Positions 12,210-22,687 of a stretch of 64,000 nt of DNA are shown here, piece after piece. Below the pieces are notes generated by a model. That model ran no database searches. It saw only the letters and a list, made by a program, of their open reading frames with translations, and had not been told where the DNA came from. The stretch spans positions 575,248-639,247 of the forward strand of contig NC_057751.1 in NCBI RefSeq assembly GCF_004010195.1, written 5' to 3'. A program made the translations under genes and the position numbers. Every line of letters starts with the position of its first letter. Positions within the stretch are counted from its first letter, which is position 1. Source of the DNA: Chiloscyllium plagiosum. Lineage: Eukaryota.

Positions 12210-12894
12210 TCAGAGGATAAATAATAAGCTGAGCCTCACAATCAGGATGATGAGGAGAACGACAATGACACAAGACTGACACCGAGCACTGGTTATGTGA
12301 GAAAGCTTGGTCAATTACCTCATTGTGTTGTCAAGCCAGAAGTGAGTGCTGTCCAACTTGTGGGAAAATTCATCGAGTATCACTGCCTGTTCCTCCAACT
12401 CATCACCTATTGGTGTTGACATGTTCTTTAGGACCTCACTGCTTCCCAGAACCAGATCCAGTTGGTCATCTTGCTGTTCCATTATCAGCCAATGCTGGGC
12501 TGTCCGCTCCTCAACATACTAAGAGTTGACATTCTCCAGGTCCTGGTCTGTCTATGGGCTAGTGCTCATCCTCAATAGCCTCAAGCAGACTCTGTTGGTT
12601 TCGCCTTTCTCCAAACGCAACAGCGGAAGGACTTGTAATGTGATCTTTAATTTCCTTCACAGTTTGTCTCAATATGAGGACAGACACTTTCCTCTCTTGA
12701 AGTTCTGCAGTCTCAATCTTGAACTTCCGAGGATTTGATTCCACTATGCTGATCGTCTCACCCAGATCCTTCAGGTCCCACTTGATACTGCGCAGGCTGT
12801 CCCAAAGCTCAGTAGTCGTCCAGTCATATTTCTCTCTGCTGTCAGCCTGGGTGTCCTGCAGTAACTCCCCCCATTGCAGACCCGCTTGTGTATT
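12210..12894 (-). pseudogene. STX10: Processed pseudogene of syntaxin-10 (STX6/STX10 family)
   Basis: Intronless minus-strand translation WGELLQD...DWTTTELWDSLRSIKWDLKDLGETISIVESNPRKFKIETAELQERK...KDHITSPSAVAFGERRNQQSLL, then after a frameshift [16 protein letters not shown]...[20 protein letters not shown]...KLSHITS.RCQSCVIVVLLIILIV..LLFIL*. At least 3 premature stops; the N-terminal ~18 codons are not seen. Confidence 0.85.
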
Positions 12895-13104
12895 TTCGGC
12901 ACCACACTTTGTCCTTTGAAGTAAACTGTCTCTCTCACTTAGAGGAGTGTTGTGTCTGGCATTGGCATTCCTGACACCATTTCACTTATCCCCTCCCATC
13001 CAGGAAGATCAGATTTAACCTGGAGGGGAGTCTCCTCCCTGTTAGCAACTCCCTGGAGCTTATCAGCCAGTATCTAGCAGTGATCTTTGCTTGGGACAAT
13101 CGCC

Positions 13105-14105
13105 ATAATAGAATGCTATCCTCTACACAACCACTTGCAAATCAACTTTTTGTGATTCATGAACAAGGATACCCAGATCCCTCTGCCTAACAGCATGCTG
13201 CAATCTTTCACCATTAGATATAACTTCATTTTTCTGTTATTCTTCCCAAAATGGACGGCCTCGCATCTCCCAACAATGTATTACATTTGCCACACCCTTG
13301 CCCACTCACTTAACCTAGTTATCACCCTCTGCAAACTTTCAGAGTCCTTTGCACACATTGATCTACCACTCATCTTTGTGTCATCTGTGAACTTTGACAC
13401 AATATCCTTGGCCCCCAACTCCAAATCATTGATGTAAACTGGAAACATTTGCAGTCCCATCACTGATACCCTAAGGCACATCACTCACCACTGATCAACA
13501 ACCAGAAAAACGCTCATTTATCCCCACACTTTGCTTTCTGTCAGTTAATCTATCTTCTATCCATGTCGATACACTACCCATAGCAGTCTGCACCTTTATG
13601 TTACGCAGCAGCCTTTTCTGCGGCACCTTGTTGAATGCCTTCTGGAAATCCAGTTACACCCCATCCACCAGTTCCCTGTTGTCCACCGCACTTGTCATGT
13701 CCTCAAAGAATTCCAATAGTTAAACATGACCTGTCTTTCATGAATCCATGCTGCATCGGCCCGATGGGACAATTTCTATCCAGGTGCCTTTCTGTTTCTT
13801 CCTTAATGATAGATTCAAGTCTTTTCCCCATTACAGATGTTAAGCTAACAGGTCTATAATTACCTGCCTTTGTTGACCTTTTTTTGAACAGCGACATCAC
13901 ATTGGCTGTCTGATAGAATCACTTGAGTCCACTGACTTTTGCTATTTCCTCTGCCATGCAATCTAATCAGGGCCAGGAGACTGGTTTACCTTTAGCCCAA
14001 CACCACCTCTTTCGTAATAACGTTCGTGTCTAGGTCCTTGCCTGCCACAGCCTCCGTATCATCAATTATTGCTCTATTACTTGTATCTTCCACCGTGAAG
14101 ACCGA
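13105..14105 (-). mobile_element. CR1 LINE RT remnant
   Basis: GNYRPVSLTSVMGKRLESII, QHGFMKDRSCLT, YINDLE...SKFTDDTK; frameshifted. Confidence 0.9.
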
Positions 14106-14388
14106 AACAGAATACCTGGACAGAAACGATGAAACGTTAGCTTGCTCTCTCACTGAATGGATGCTGTCTGACCCGCTGTGATCTCCATTGTTTGTTGTTT
14201 TCAGGACAGATTGCAGCATCTGCAGTAACTTGCTCCTACAGGGGAGTTCATACTGGTGTTCTAGAGCCATTGCACACCTTTCAGACATCATCATGGAAAG
14301 CAGATTAATTAGTCATTATCACTATGTTGTGATTACAGAATCTTGCTCTACATAATTTGATTGCTGTGTTGCCTTTATAACAACAAGA

Positions 14389-14610
14389 GCTGAAAATGTG
14401 TTGCTGGAAAAGTGCAGCAGGTCAGGCAGCATCCAAGGAACAGGAGAATCGACGTTTCGGGCATAAGCCCTTTTTCAGGAATCCTGAAGAAGGGCTTATG
14501 CCCAAAACATCGATTCTCCTGTTCCTTGGATGCTGCCTGACCTGCTGCGCTTTTCCAGCAACACATTTTCAGCTCTGATCTCCAGCATCTGCAGCCCTCA
14601 CTTTCTCTCT
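14389..14610. mobile_element. Palindromic PLE family A insertion (95-bp arms) with 16-bp TSD, inside a Deu-SINE remnant
   Basis: Arms 14386-14480 and 14482-14576 with about 4 mismatches; TSD ctttataacaacaaga at 14373-14388 and 14611-14626. Confidence 0.9.
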
Positions 14611-16285
14611 CTTTATAACAACAAGAACCTCAAATTCACTTCACTGACTGTGAAGTATTTTGGGTCATTGCGAGATGGTGAAAGGTACCATAGGAATACA
14701 CAATTTCTTTTCATAATTATATCAGATCCTAAGTATCGTCTGTGCTGAGACTGACATCCCCCCCACTGCAATGAGCTGAAAGGTTGTGTGGGGACAACGC
14801 AGCAGAATGGTTTTGGTCTCTAGCAGGAGAGGCTGCTTCTCCTTGATGAATGACTGTGCTTCCTGTGAACTGTTGGCGATAGTTCATGCAGAGCAGGTTG
14901 TCGCTAGGCCGCTATCCCAGATCGGTACAGGCCTTTGGAAGAAGTAGCAGCGAGGTTGATGTTGGTTAAACCAGCGCACAACATATTGGGACTGTTGGCA
15001 GTTTTCAGACGGGCTGGAAATGTCAGTTGGATGATCGTAATGTGTGGCAATGTGGTGAAAGCAGGACGCCTGGGTGTGGGTTTTAGTTGCTGACATGTGG
15101 AGTATGAAATGGCACGATGAATACTTTCACTATCATTCTTGCAATGTATGAGCTCCTGGAGTGAAGTGGGGGAACCCCCAACCCAAGCTCCAACCCCAAC
15201 CCCAACCTGTCCAGCACAAACAACAGGCAAAAATATCATTCAGAAAGGAATGGAGATACAACCATGAACAAAAAGACTGAGAGATACCGAAGAGCAGAGA
15301 AGGACAGAAATTTAGAGGGAGAGATAGAGACAGCGAGAAAGAGGATTTGAGAGAGAGAAGGGCTGGAGGGGGGTGCAGTTCATGGCCACCTCAAACTAAT
15401 GAAAGAGATAAAACTTTGTATTGAGTGGCTGGAATCCCAGCCTCATCCAGCAACATCCACACAGAATGAGAATTGAATCTGGTTGTGAAAGAATTGAATT
15501 ACAGTTTGGTTCTTTTTCTGAGCATTGATTGTCCTCCTCCTCACACATTGTGGTTGAAACTGTGGTGGTGCCTACTGCATTTTCAGAGGGTCACAATCCC
15601 TTGGGATAACACAAAGGTCTATGCATCTGTTCCAGGGTCTGCTCAGCAAGCAGGTCAAATATTTGAAGAGAGAAAAATACACATTTCACGTCAGGGGTTT
15701 CCGGTAAAAGCAAGCAGAATGACCAGAAGGGTGAAGCTAAATTGAAATGGTTCCTGTTTTTAAAAATAATTTCTTGTCTTGCAGCAATATTAGGAAGTTG
15801 CTGCGGTGGAAATGATGTCGCTCATTCCCCATTCTGTTAATTTTCAAGTTTAGAGATTAGTCACGAAAAGTTGAAGTGGGACGTTGTCAGCAGACTAATG
15901 CTGAGATTTCTTGCCGTGCTACTGCAGAGATGCAGCAATAGCATTTCAAGCATCTTGAACGATACAGATCCTACCTCCACATATATATATATACCCCATT
16001 CCGCCCCAACCTGCCCTCTGTCCCTTTTGTCTTGCAGTTTCCTCCATGCCCTCTCCTGTACTGTGCCTAGTGCTCTTTCTCTTTCTTGAGTCCACCTTCA
16101 TGTGATTTCTTCTGTGTGCTCTCATCTCAGTTGTACTCTGCAGAAGCTTCACAAGGCTATTGACTCACCTGCCAGGGATAAATTTCAAAGTGCTGACGCT
16201 GCACTGCCTGAACTCTTCTCGCACGGGAAACCAGCACACCTGTAGCATCTGCATAAACTTCTTTACTGCTGGAAGGAGAGGGCAG

Positions 16286-16731
16286 ACAAGTGGGAGGCTG
16301 GCAGAATACAGCAAGCCAGGCAGCAACAGCAGGTGGAGAAGTCAACATTTCGGGGGTAACCCTTTTTCAGGACTGAGGGTGGGTGTAGGGTGGCTGCAGA
16401 TGGTTGGGCGCAGGGAAGGGGGGGATGTTTGGTGGTGAGGTTGGAATATATGAACACAAGTAGAGAATTCAACCTGGTTGGTCTGGATTCATTCCTCCCA
16501 TTGACCAACCAGGTCGTATCCCCTACCTGTCTTCACTTATCCTTGCCTCACCACCAGCACCCCTCACTTTATTAGCATCTCCCCTTACGTCCACCACCAG
16601 TCCTGAAGAAGGGTTACACCCGAAACTTTGACTTCCGCACCTTCTGATGCTGCCTGGCTTGCTGTGTTCTCCCAGCCTCCAGCTTGTCTACCTTGGATTC
16701 CAGTATTTGCAGTTTTTTTGTCTCTAACTAA
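16286..16731. mobile_element. Inverted PLE family B insertion with 15-bp TSD and hammerhead-like core at 16603
   Basis: TSD ggaaggagagggcag at 16271-16285 and 16732-16746; AGTC-CTGAAGA-A-GGGT-TAC-ACCC-GAAA-CTTT-GACT. Confidence 0.85.
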
Positions 16732-17864
16732 GGAAGGAGAGGGCAGTCCAACAAGCCACTGAATCATATCCTGAGGGCATTGAAACCTTCACTCCAAGAG
16801 CACGTACAAAGGAGATATGAAGATGGCAAATATTGACAACCATGTGACAGGCTGTGACCTCTGGAGACTGACTGTTTCAAAGGACATTGGAAGATGCGAG
16901 TGTAAACAGAAAGCTCAGCTGCTCAGGAAAGTGCTCAGAGAATTATGTCAGAAGTCCACGAAAGTGCAGTTCCTCAGTTCAGTGTCTTCCACTGGAACCA
17001 ATCTGCCTGAGACTGCACTCCCACAATGAGAATTCAGTTGGAAGATTCATTCTTCAAAACAAATATGTCCAATTTACTCAGCCTCTAATCATAGGGGGCT
17101 ACCCTCTCATTTGGTTGTGTAAGGACCTTAGGACACTGGAGCAATTTTGCAATGATATCACAGAGCTGCACATCACTGAGTATAAATGCTATAGTGTGCA
17201 TGGAGTTAAATACTTGCAAATGAGCTGAATTTTGGGAATACAAGGCATGAAGACACAAGGAGGATAGGTTAGTCCTTACCTAATGGAACTATAAGTTCAT
17301 AGCCTGGTGTATCTATGATACCCATGCACAACAGTATTGAGTAATAATGTAGTATAAAGAGTGTTACTTTGACATTTAAGCCTGAAGACAGTTTTTGACA
17401 CTGCTTTGTCTTCAGGTAATCTGTCCTGAATCCAAGCATACAATGAATGCAGACCACATGATAAAAGACATCCCTTGGCCGAAAGAAGTGAACCAGCACT
17501 GTGCATTGTTTTTCCTCTGATTTGAACCAATACACTGTTTCCAGTGCATTCTTAGAATATGCAAAAACTCTACACAGTGCTCCAGGGATGGTCTCATCCA
17601 AAGCCCTAATGACTTGTAGCTTAGCAAAGTCTTCTTATTCTTGTATTCCACTCCCATTTCAATAAAGTAAATCGTTCCAATTGTCCTCCAAATTGTTGGC
17701 TCTCAGTGTTACATTTATGTACCAAAACAAAATGCTGCAGATATTAGATAACAGAAATTAAAAAAAAAGGTGCTGGAAGTATTCAGCACGCCTGGCAGTA
17801 TCTGTGGAAATAAACAATTCCTGTTTTCGGTTCACAGCAGCGCATCAGAAACTGTCATGTCAGT

Positions 17865-18130
17865 GCAATGCCAGTACTGACCCTCTGACAATGTGATGCA
17901 CACTCAGTGCTGACCCTCAGACAGTGCAGCACTCCCTCAGTACTGGGAGAAAGTGAGGACTGCGGAGAGTGGAGATCAGAGTCGAGAGTGTGGTGTTGGA
18001 AAATCACAGCAGGTCAGGCAGTATCTAAGGAGCAGGAAAATTGACGATTCGGGCAAAAGCCCTTGATCAGGAATAGAGGCTGGGTGCCTGCAGAGTTTTT
18101 GCCTCAGTACTGACCTACCAACAGTGCGGT
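17865..18130. repeat. ~33-bp minisatellite interrupted by a PLE family A insertion (17946-18101, minus strand)
   Basis: Units resembling cagtactgaccctctgacagtgcagcactccct; TSD cctcagtactg at 17935-17945 and 18102-18112. Confidence 0.75.
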
Positions 18131-18364
18131 GCAGAATTGTCTCCGAGGAAGACATTGAGGTCCATTTAGTTATTCTCCCTGGAGTTTTGAAGAATGACAA
18201 GTGACCTGATTGAAAGGTACAAAGCTCTTAAAGTGTGTGACAGGGTTAGTATATATGTTTCCTTTGGCTGGTGACTGCAGAAGCTGGGATTACAATCTTA
18301 GCAGAAATAAATAACTGCCTCTGAATTCTGGGTTCAGCCAAAATCCGACTCTGATCAAACCAAG

Positions 18365-18535
18365 AATGATTTTGCATTTCCACAGCGCCTTTCATAGCCT
18401 CAGGACGTTCCAAAGTGCTTTGTAGGAAACACTGCTGATGTATCAATTTACACAGCAAGATCCCTGAAAGAAAAAAAGGTGATAACGACCAGATTTTATT
18501 TTGTTCAGCCGGCGATCGGTAAATATTGATCCGGA
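18365..18535 (-). mobile_element. Deu-type SINE 3' remnant
   Basis: gcgcctttcatagcctcaggacgttccaaagtgcttt is the reverse of a recalled DeuSINE tail; related copies at ~23615-23960 (-), ~32925-33027 (+) and ~61560-61835 (+). Confidence 0.6.
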
Positions 18536-18961
18536 CTCATGGCCAGAGTTGCCCAGAAATCAGCAAAACCTTTTGGAAACATGCGGCAGTGGACCCTGAG
18601 GATTTGGACAAGCCGCTCTCAGGAAGGGGTGGGAACCATCAGAGCTCGGAAACATCATGTCCCTGAGCCAATGAGCCATGCAGAGGGCGGGACCAGCTCT
18701 CCGATCACCCAACGATCAGGTGAACGGTCTGAAGCAGACAGTGAACGGAGAGAAGAGTGAAGCCACCTCCAGGGTCTGCACTTGGCAAATGGGTCAGTGT
18801 CCGCGAGTCTAAGCGGCAGCAGTCTGTCCTCAACAACTGCGGCAGGGCAGCTCCCTATTCAAGCACCCGGCTCTGTTCCAGTGAGTCACTGTTTCTGCAG
18901 TTGTCTCGATGTGTCCCGGGGCTCGGACCTGGTTACTGCCTGGTAACTTTCACAAGTGAGT
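18500..18961 (+). promoter_or_regulatory. Candidate ARID5 promoter and first exon
   Basis: Locally CpG-richer segment with NF-Y-type AGCCAATGAG (CCAAT 18668-18672), GC box GGGCGGG (18685-18691) and a downstream donor CAA|GTGAGT at 18956. Confidence 0.5.
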
Positions 18962-20376
18962 AAATGCACATGGCACAAGCCTTCCTGAGAATCAATGCAA
19001 ATGTGCAACTTCAATGAATGTTAAGAGTTGTCTGAGTTGAAAGTTTTCATGGAGTACTGTGAAGTGAGGGTCTATGGACGGTTCTGTATCTGTGTAACTG
19101 TATCCGTGTGACTGTGAGCGGAATTTGTCTGAGCAGTGTTCCCAGTATCACCTATTAAACGGTGGTGGGAAGTTGTGTCTTTTCTAATTGCTGTGGAGAT
19201 GAAACCTGTAGTTGTGAAAAGAGGGCAAGGGTGTGTAAAAGGTAGGGATGGAAGGCATCAAGAAGGACTGTTCTCAATCTCCACCAGATGTAGTTGAGTG
19301 GTCTTGGTGCTGTGTGAGGTCATTTTGTGTTGGCGTGGAGCTACTTAGGTGTTGCCTTGTTGGTCCCTGTGTGGTGTCACCAGTCAGCTTGCTTGCATCT
19401 GAAATGACTAGGGATTCTGAAAGAGAGCACCACCGTAACAGAGCTCTCGCATGTCACTAATGTGGGAATGCCACCACCAGTGTAATCTGGGAGGTTGTGT
19501 CACTTCACCTTGTGCGATACATTCAGTTAATAGGTTCCAGGCCAACTCCTCTACTCTCTTGGATTGATTCATGGGGTCAGAGACCCATCCAGGCCAAGAG
19601 TGGGGAATATGAGGCATCTGCCTGCAACCCTATCAGTTGCTCAACATCTCCCCTGCATCTTCTAACAAGAGACAGTAATGCACTATACCACACCAACAAT
19701 GTTCCTGAAGACACACATACAGGAAGCAGGCTGGTCCAGCGTGTGACTCAGTACCCACAGGGGAATTTTTGTTTCACCATCTATGTGTTTTTATAGAAAG
19801 TGTGGTCAGTTCGCTGTAATAAAATTCTAGTGGAAAGCAATTTGGTAATGTTTACATGAGACACTCTCAGGAACAGAGGTTTTGAAAAAAAATCCCAGGC
19901 AGTTTCAGTATTTGAGAATTATCATTACCCTCTTGTGCTATTCATAGGGGAAGTCCTGCTATACTGTGAAGTGGGGTAAGTTTTACAGAATGATAAACAA
20001 CTACTTAGTGCAAACCACTTGTGGGTGGTTTTACTGTATGTTTTTGTTTCCATGTTGATCCTGTATTGATCCTGAAATGAGTGGTCTAGGCTGCATGGTT
20101 GTACAGACATTGCAGAATTAATGCTTTTTCTTTTCATGCCTCACATGGGCAAGGGGGAACGGTACACCATGGAGATCTGGGAGGTCACTTTGATCCACCA
20201 GTCCATCATTCCAAAACCTGACAACTGTGAGATGTTCAGGCCTGAAATAAGCAGTGAGAGAGGAGGGTCTGGAGAGTCTGACCACCTCAAACTGGATATG
20301 GTTGGACCTGAGGCTGTTAGAGGAAACAGAAGCTGCTCTGAGGATCATGTTCCATTCCTTGCATGAGACAGGTGAG

Positions 20377-20422
20377 GTACCACTGTAAACATGGGTATCA
20401 CTGTAAACATGGGTACCACTGT
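20377..20422. repeat. 18-bp tandem repeat (~2.5 copies)
   Basis: gtaccactgtaaacatgg/gtatcactgtaaacatgg/gtaccactgt. Confidence 0.85.
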
Positions 20423-20429
20423 GTATATA

Positions 20430-21850
20430 GACCAAACAATTACAAGTTGGTCAATCTGACCTCAGAGGTGGAGAAAGTGAGAACTGCAGATGCTAGAGGT
20501 CAAAGTCGAAAGTGTGTTGCTGGGAAAGCACAGCAGGTCAGGCAGCATCCGAGGAGCAGGAGAATCGATGTTTTGGGCATAAGCCTGATGAAGAGCTTCT
20601 GCCTGAAATGTTGATTCCCCTGCTCCTTGGATGCTGCCTGACTTGCTGTACTTTCCCAGCAACACACTCTCGACTCTGATCTCAGTGGTGGACAAGTTAT
20701 TGGAATCAATTCTGAAAGACAGGATAAACTGCCAGTTAGGCAAATATTAACCACTGATAGCCAGAATGGATTTGTTCAGGGAAAGTAGTGTCAATCAAAT
20801 CTGTCGAGGAGGTAACAATGAGACTGAAGAGGATATTGTAGTAGATGTTGTCTCCCCAAATTTCAGAAAGGCATTTGACATGGTCTCAAATGCTAAGCTG
20901 GGCAGAAAAATTAAATTCCAAGGGATACAGGGGTCTGCGATGAGTTAGATCCAGAATTGGCTCAGTGACAGGAAACAGAGGGTGTTTGTTGATGAATGTT
21001 TTTATGAATGGAAAGTGATTCCAGAGGTGTTCCACTGGGCTTATATTGGCTATATTAATGATTTAGACTCCAATGTGAAAGGCATGATTGCATGTGAGAG
21101 GAAATTTGCAGATAACACAAAACTTGGCTGTGTCATTAACAGTGAACAGGATAGCTGACGACTGCAGAATAGTATCAGTGGTTTAGCTGAGTGGGTGGTT
21201 TAGTGACAAATAGAACTTAATCCAGAGAAGTGTGAGGGAGTGTATTTGGGGAAGCAACAAAAGTTGGGAATATACAGTAAATGGGAGGACACTAAGAGAG
21301 GTAAAGGGAGTGAGACCTTGAAATACAGTGTCGAGACTGTGGTGAAGCACAGCCGGTCAGGCAGCTTCAGAGGAGCAGGAGTTTCAAGCATCAGCCCTTG
21401 AAATACATGCACAAGTTCCTGAAGGTGGCAGGGCAGGTGGATAACATGGTAAACCAAGCATATCCCATTGGGAAAGGCCAATTTAAAAGAAAGTAATACT
21501 TTGAAATGAGTATAATGGCGGTCAAATGTCGATGTATATATGTGGGACTAGTATGTTTTACTGCGTTTTCTTCTTTTTGGAAGGCTTTTCTTTATTGGAT
21601 GAGATATTGACTACAAGAACAGGGATAGAATGCTGCAAGTTATCAAATAGTTGTTGTGGCACAGCTGGATTTTGGTACATAGCCCTGAACAGTACTGCTC
21701 TTGTGGGAGTACTGAGAAAACTTTGCCAGTGAATGAAAATTGCTGCTATGAGGACAGACTAAATACGCCAGGGTTGTTTTCCTGAGAACAGAAAAGGCTG
21801 AAGGGTGACTTAACTGAGATGGACAGAGTGATTAAGAACTATAGGTAGAT
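20430..21850 (+). mobile_element. Old CR1 remnant with nested palindromic PLE (~20473-20680) and PLE fragment (~21325-21400)
   Basis: NYKLVNLTSEV|..LLESILKDR, FRKAFDMV and KFADNTK motifs; near-duplicate tctgacctcagaggtgga / tctgatctcagtggtgga flanks the PLE. Confidence 0.75.
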
Positions 21851-22170
21851 GCACTGTGTACAAACGACAAGATGTACTGCACCAACTCACTGAGGCTCCT
21901 TTGACAGCACCGTGACATCTATCATCCAGAAGGTCAAGAGAATCAGATACATTGGAACACCACCACAAGTTTCCACTTCCCCTCGAGGCCACGCTCCATT
22001 CTGTCTTGTAACTATTTTGCTGTTCCTTCTCTATTGCTGGGTCAACACCACTCAGGGTGTCCCTACAGCCCATGGACTGCAGTGCTTCAAAAAGGCAGCA
22101 CGCTTCTCAAAGGGCAATTTGGGTTGGGTAACAAGTGCTGGCCCAGCCAGCAATGCCCACATCGCATAAA
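21850..22170 (+). mobile_element. LINE 3' end, same family as 9600-10625
   Basis: catggactgcagtgcttcaaaaaggcagc...tgctggcccagccagcaatgccc matches the reverse complement of 9600-9700. Confidence 0.7.
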
Positions 22171-22338
22171 CAAATTAAAAGAAAGTCTGTGCTCCTGTTT
22201 AAGTGACCAATATAAGGAAAATGCAAGAGCACTGATTTGTGGCTATCAGCTTACATGTTTGGAGCCCCTTTCACAGTTTCTCAGCCTTCCCAAATGCTTC
22301 ATCTTTGAGCACATTATTGCTGAAGTGTTGTCACTGCC

Positions 22339-22687
22339 ATAATCACAGAGACCCTACAGTATGGAAACTGACCATTTGGCTCAACAAGTCCACACCGACC
22401 CTCCGAAGAGTATGCCACCCAAAGCCATTCCCCTACCCTAATATTCTACATTTCCCCTGACTAATGCATTAACCTACACATCCCTGAACACTGTGGGCAA
22501 TTTAACACGGCCAATTCACCTCACCTGCACATCTTTGGATTATGTGAGGAAACTGGAGCACCCGGAGAAAACCCACGCAAACACGGAGAATATGCAAACT
22601 CCACAGACAGTCGTCCGAGGCTGGAATCAAATCCAGGTGCCTGTTGCTGTGAGGCAGCAGTGCTAACCACTGAGCCACCGTGCTGCC
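22339..22687 (-). mobile_element. tRNA-derived SINE (HE1-type), full length
   Basis: GGCAGCACGGTGGCTCAGTGGTTAGCACTG (A box), GGATTTGATTCC (B box), central gtgggttttctccgggtgctcc domain and CR1-like tail. Confidence 0.9.

Noticed and set aside
14375..14578. Mirror ORFs MCCWKSAAGQAASKEQEN on both strands (similar peptides at 1238, 5184, 20500 and 49011)
   Set aside because: By-products of the palindromic PLE tail, not genes.
17865..18130. CRISPR-like array
   Set aside because: Eukaryotic tandem minisatellite without unique spacers or cas genes.
22600..22687. tRNA gene
   Set aside because: The A/B boxes continue into a SINE body and CR1-type tail; no complete cloverleaf.
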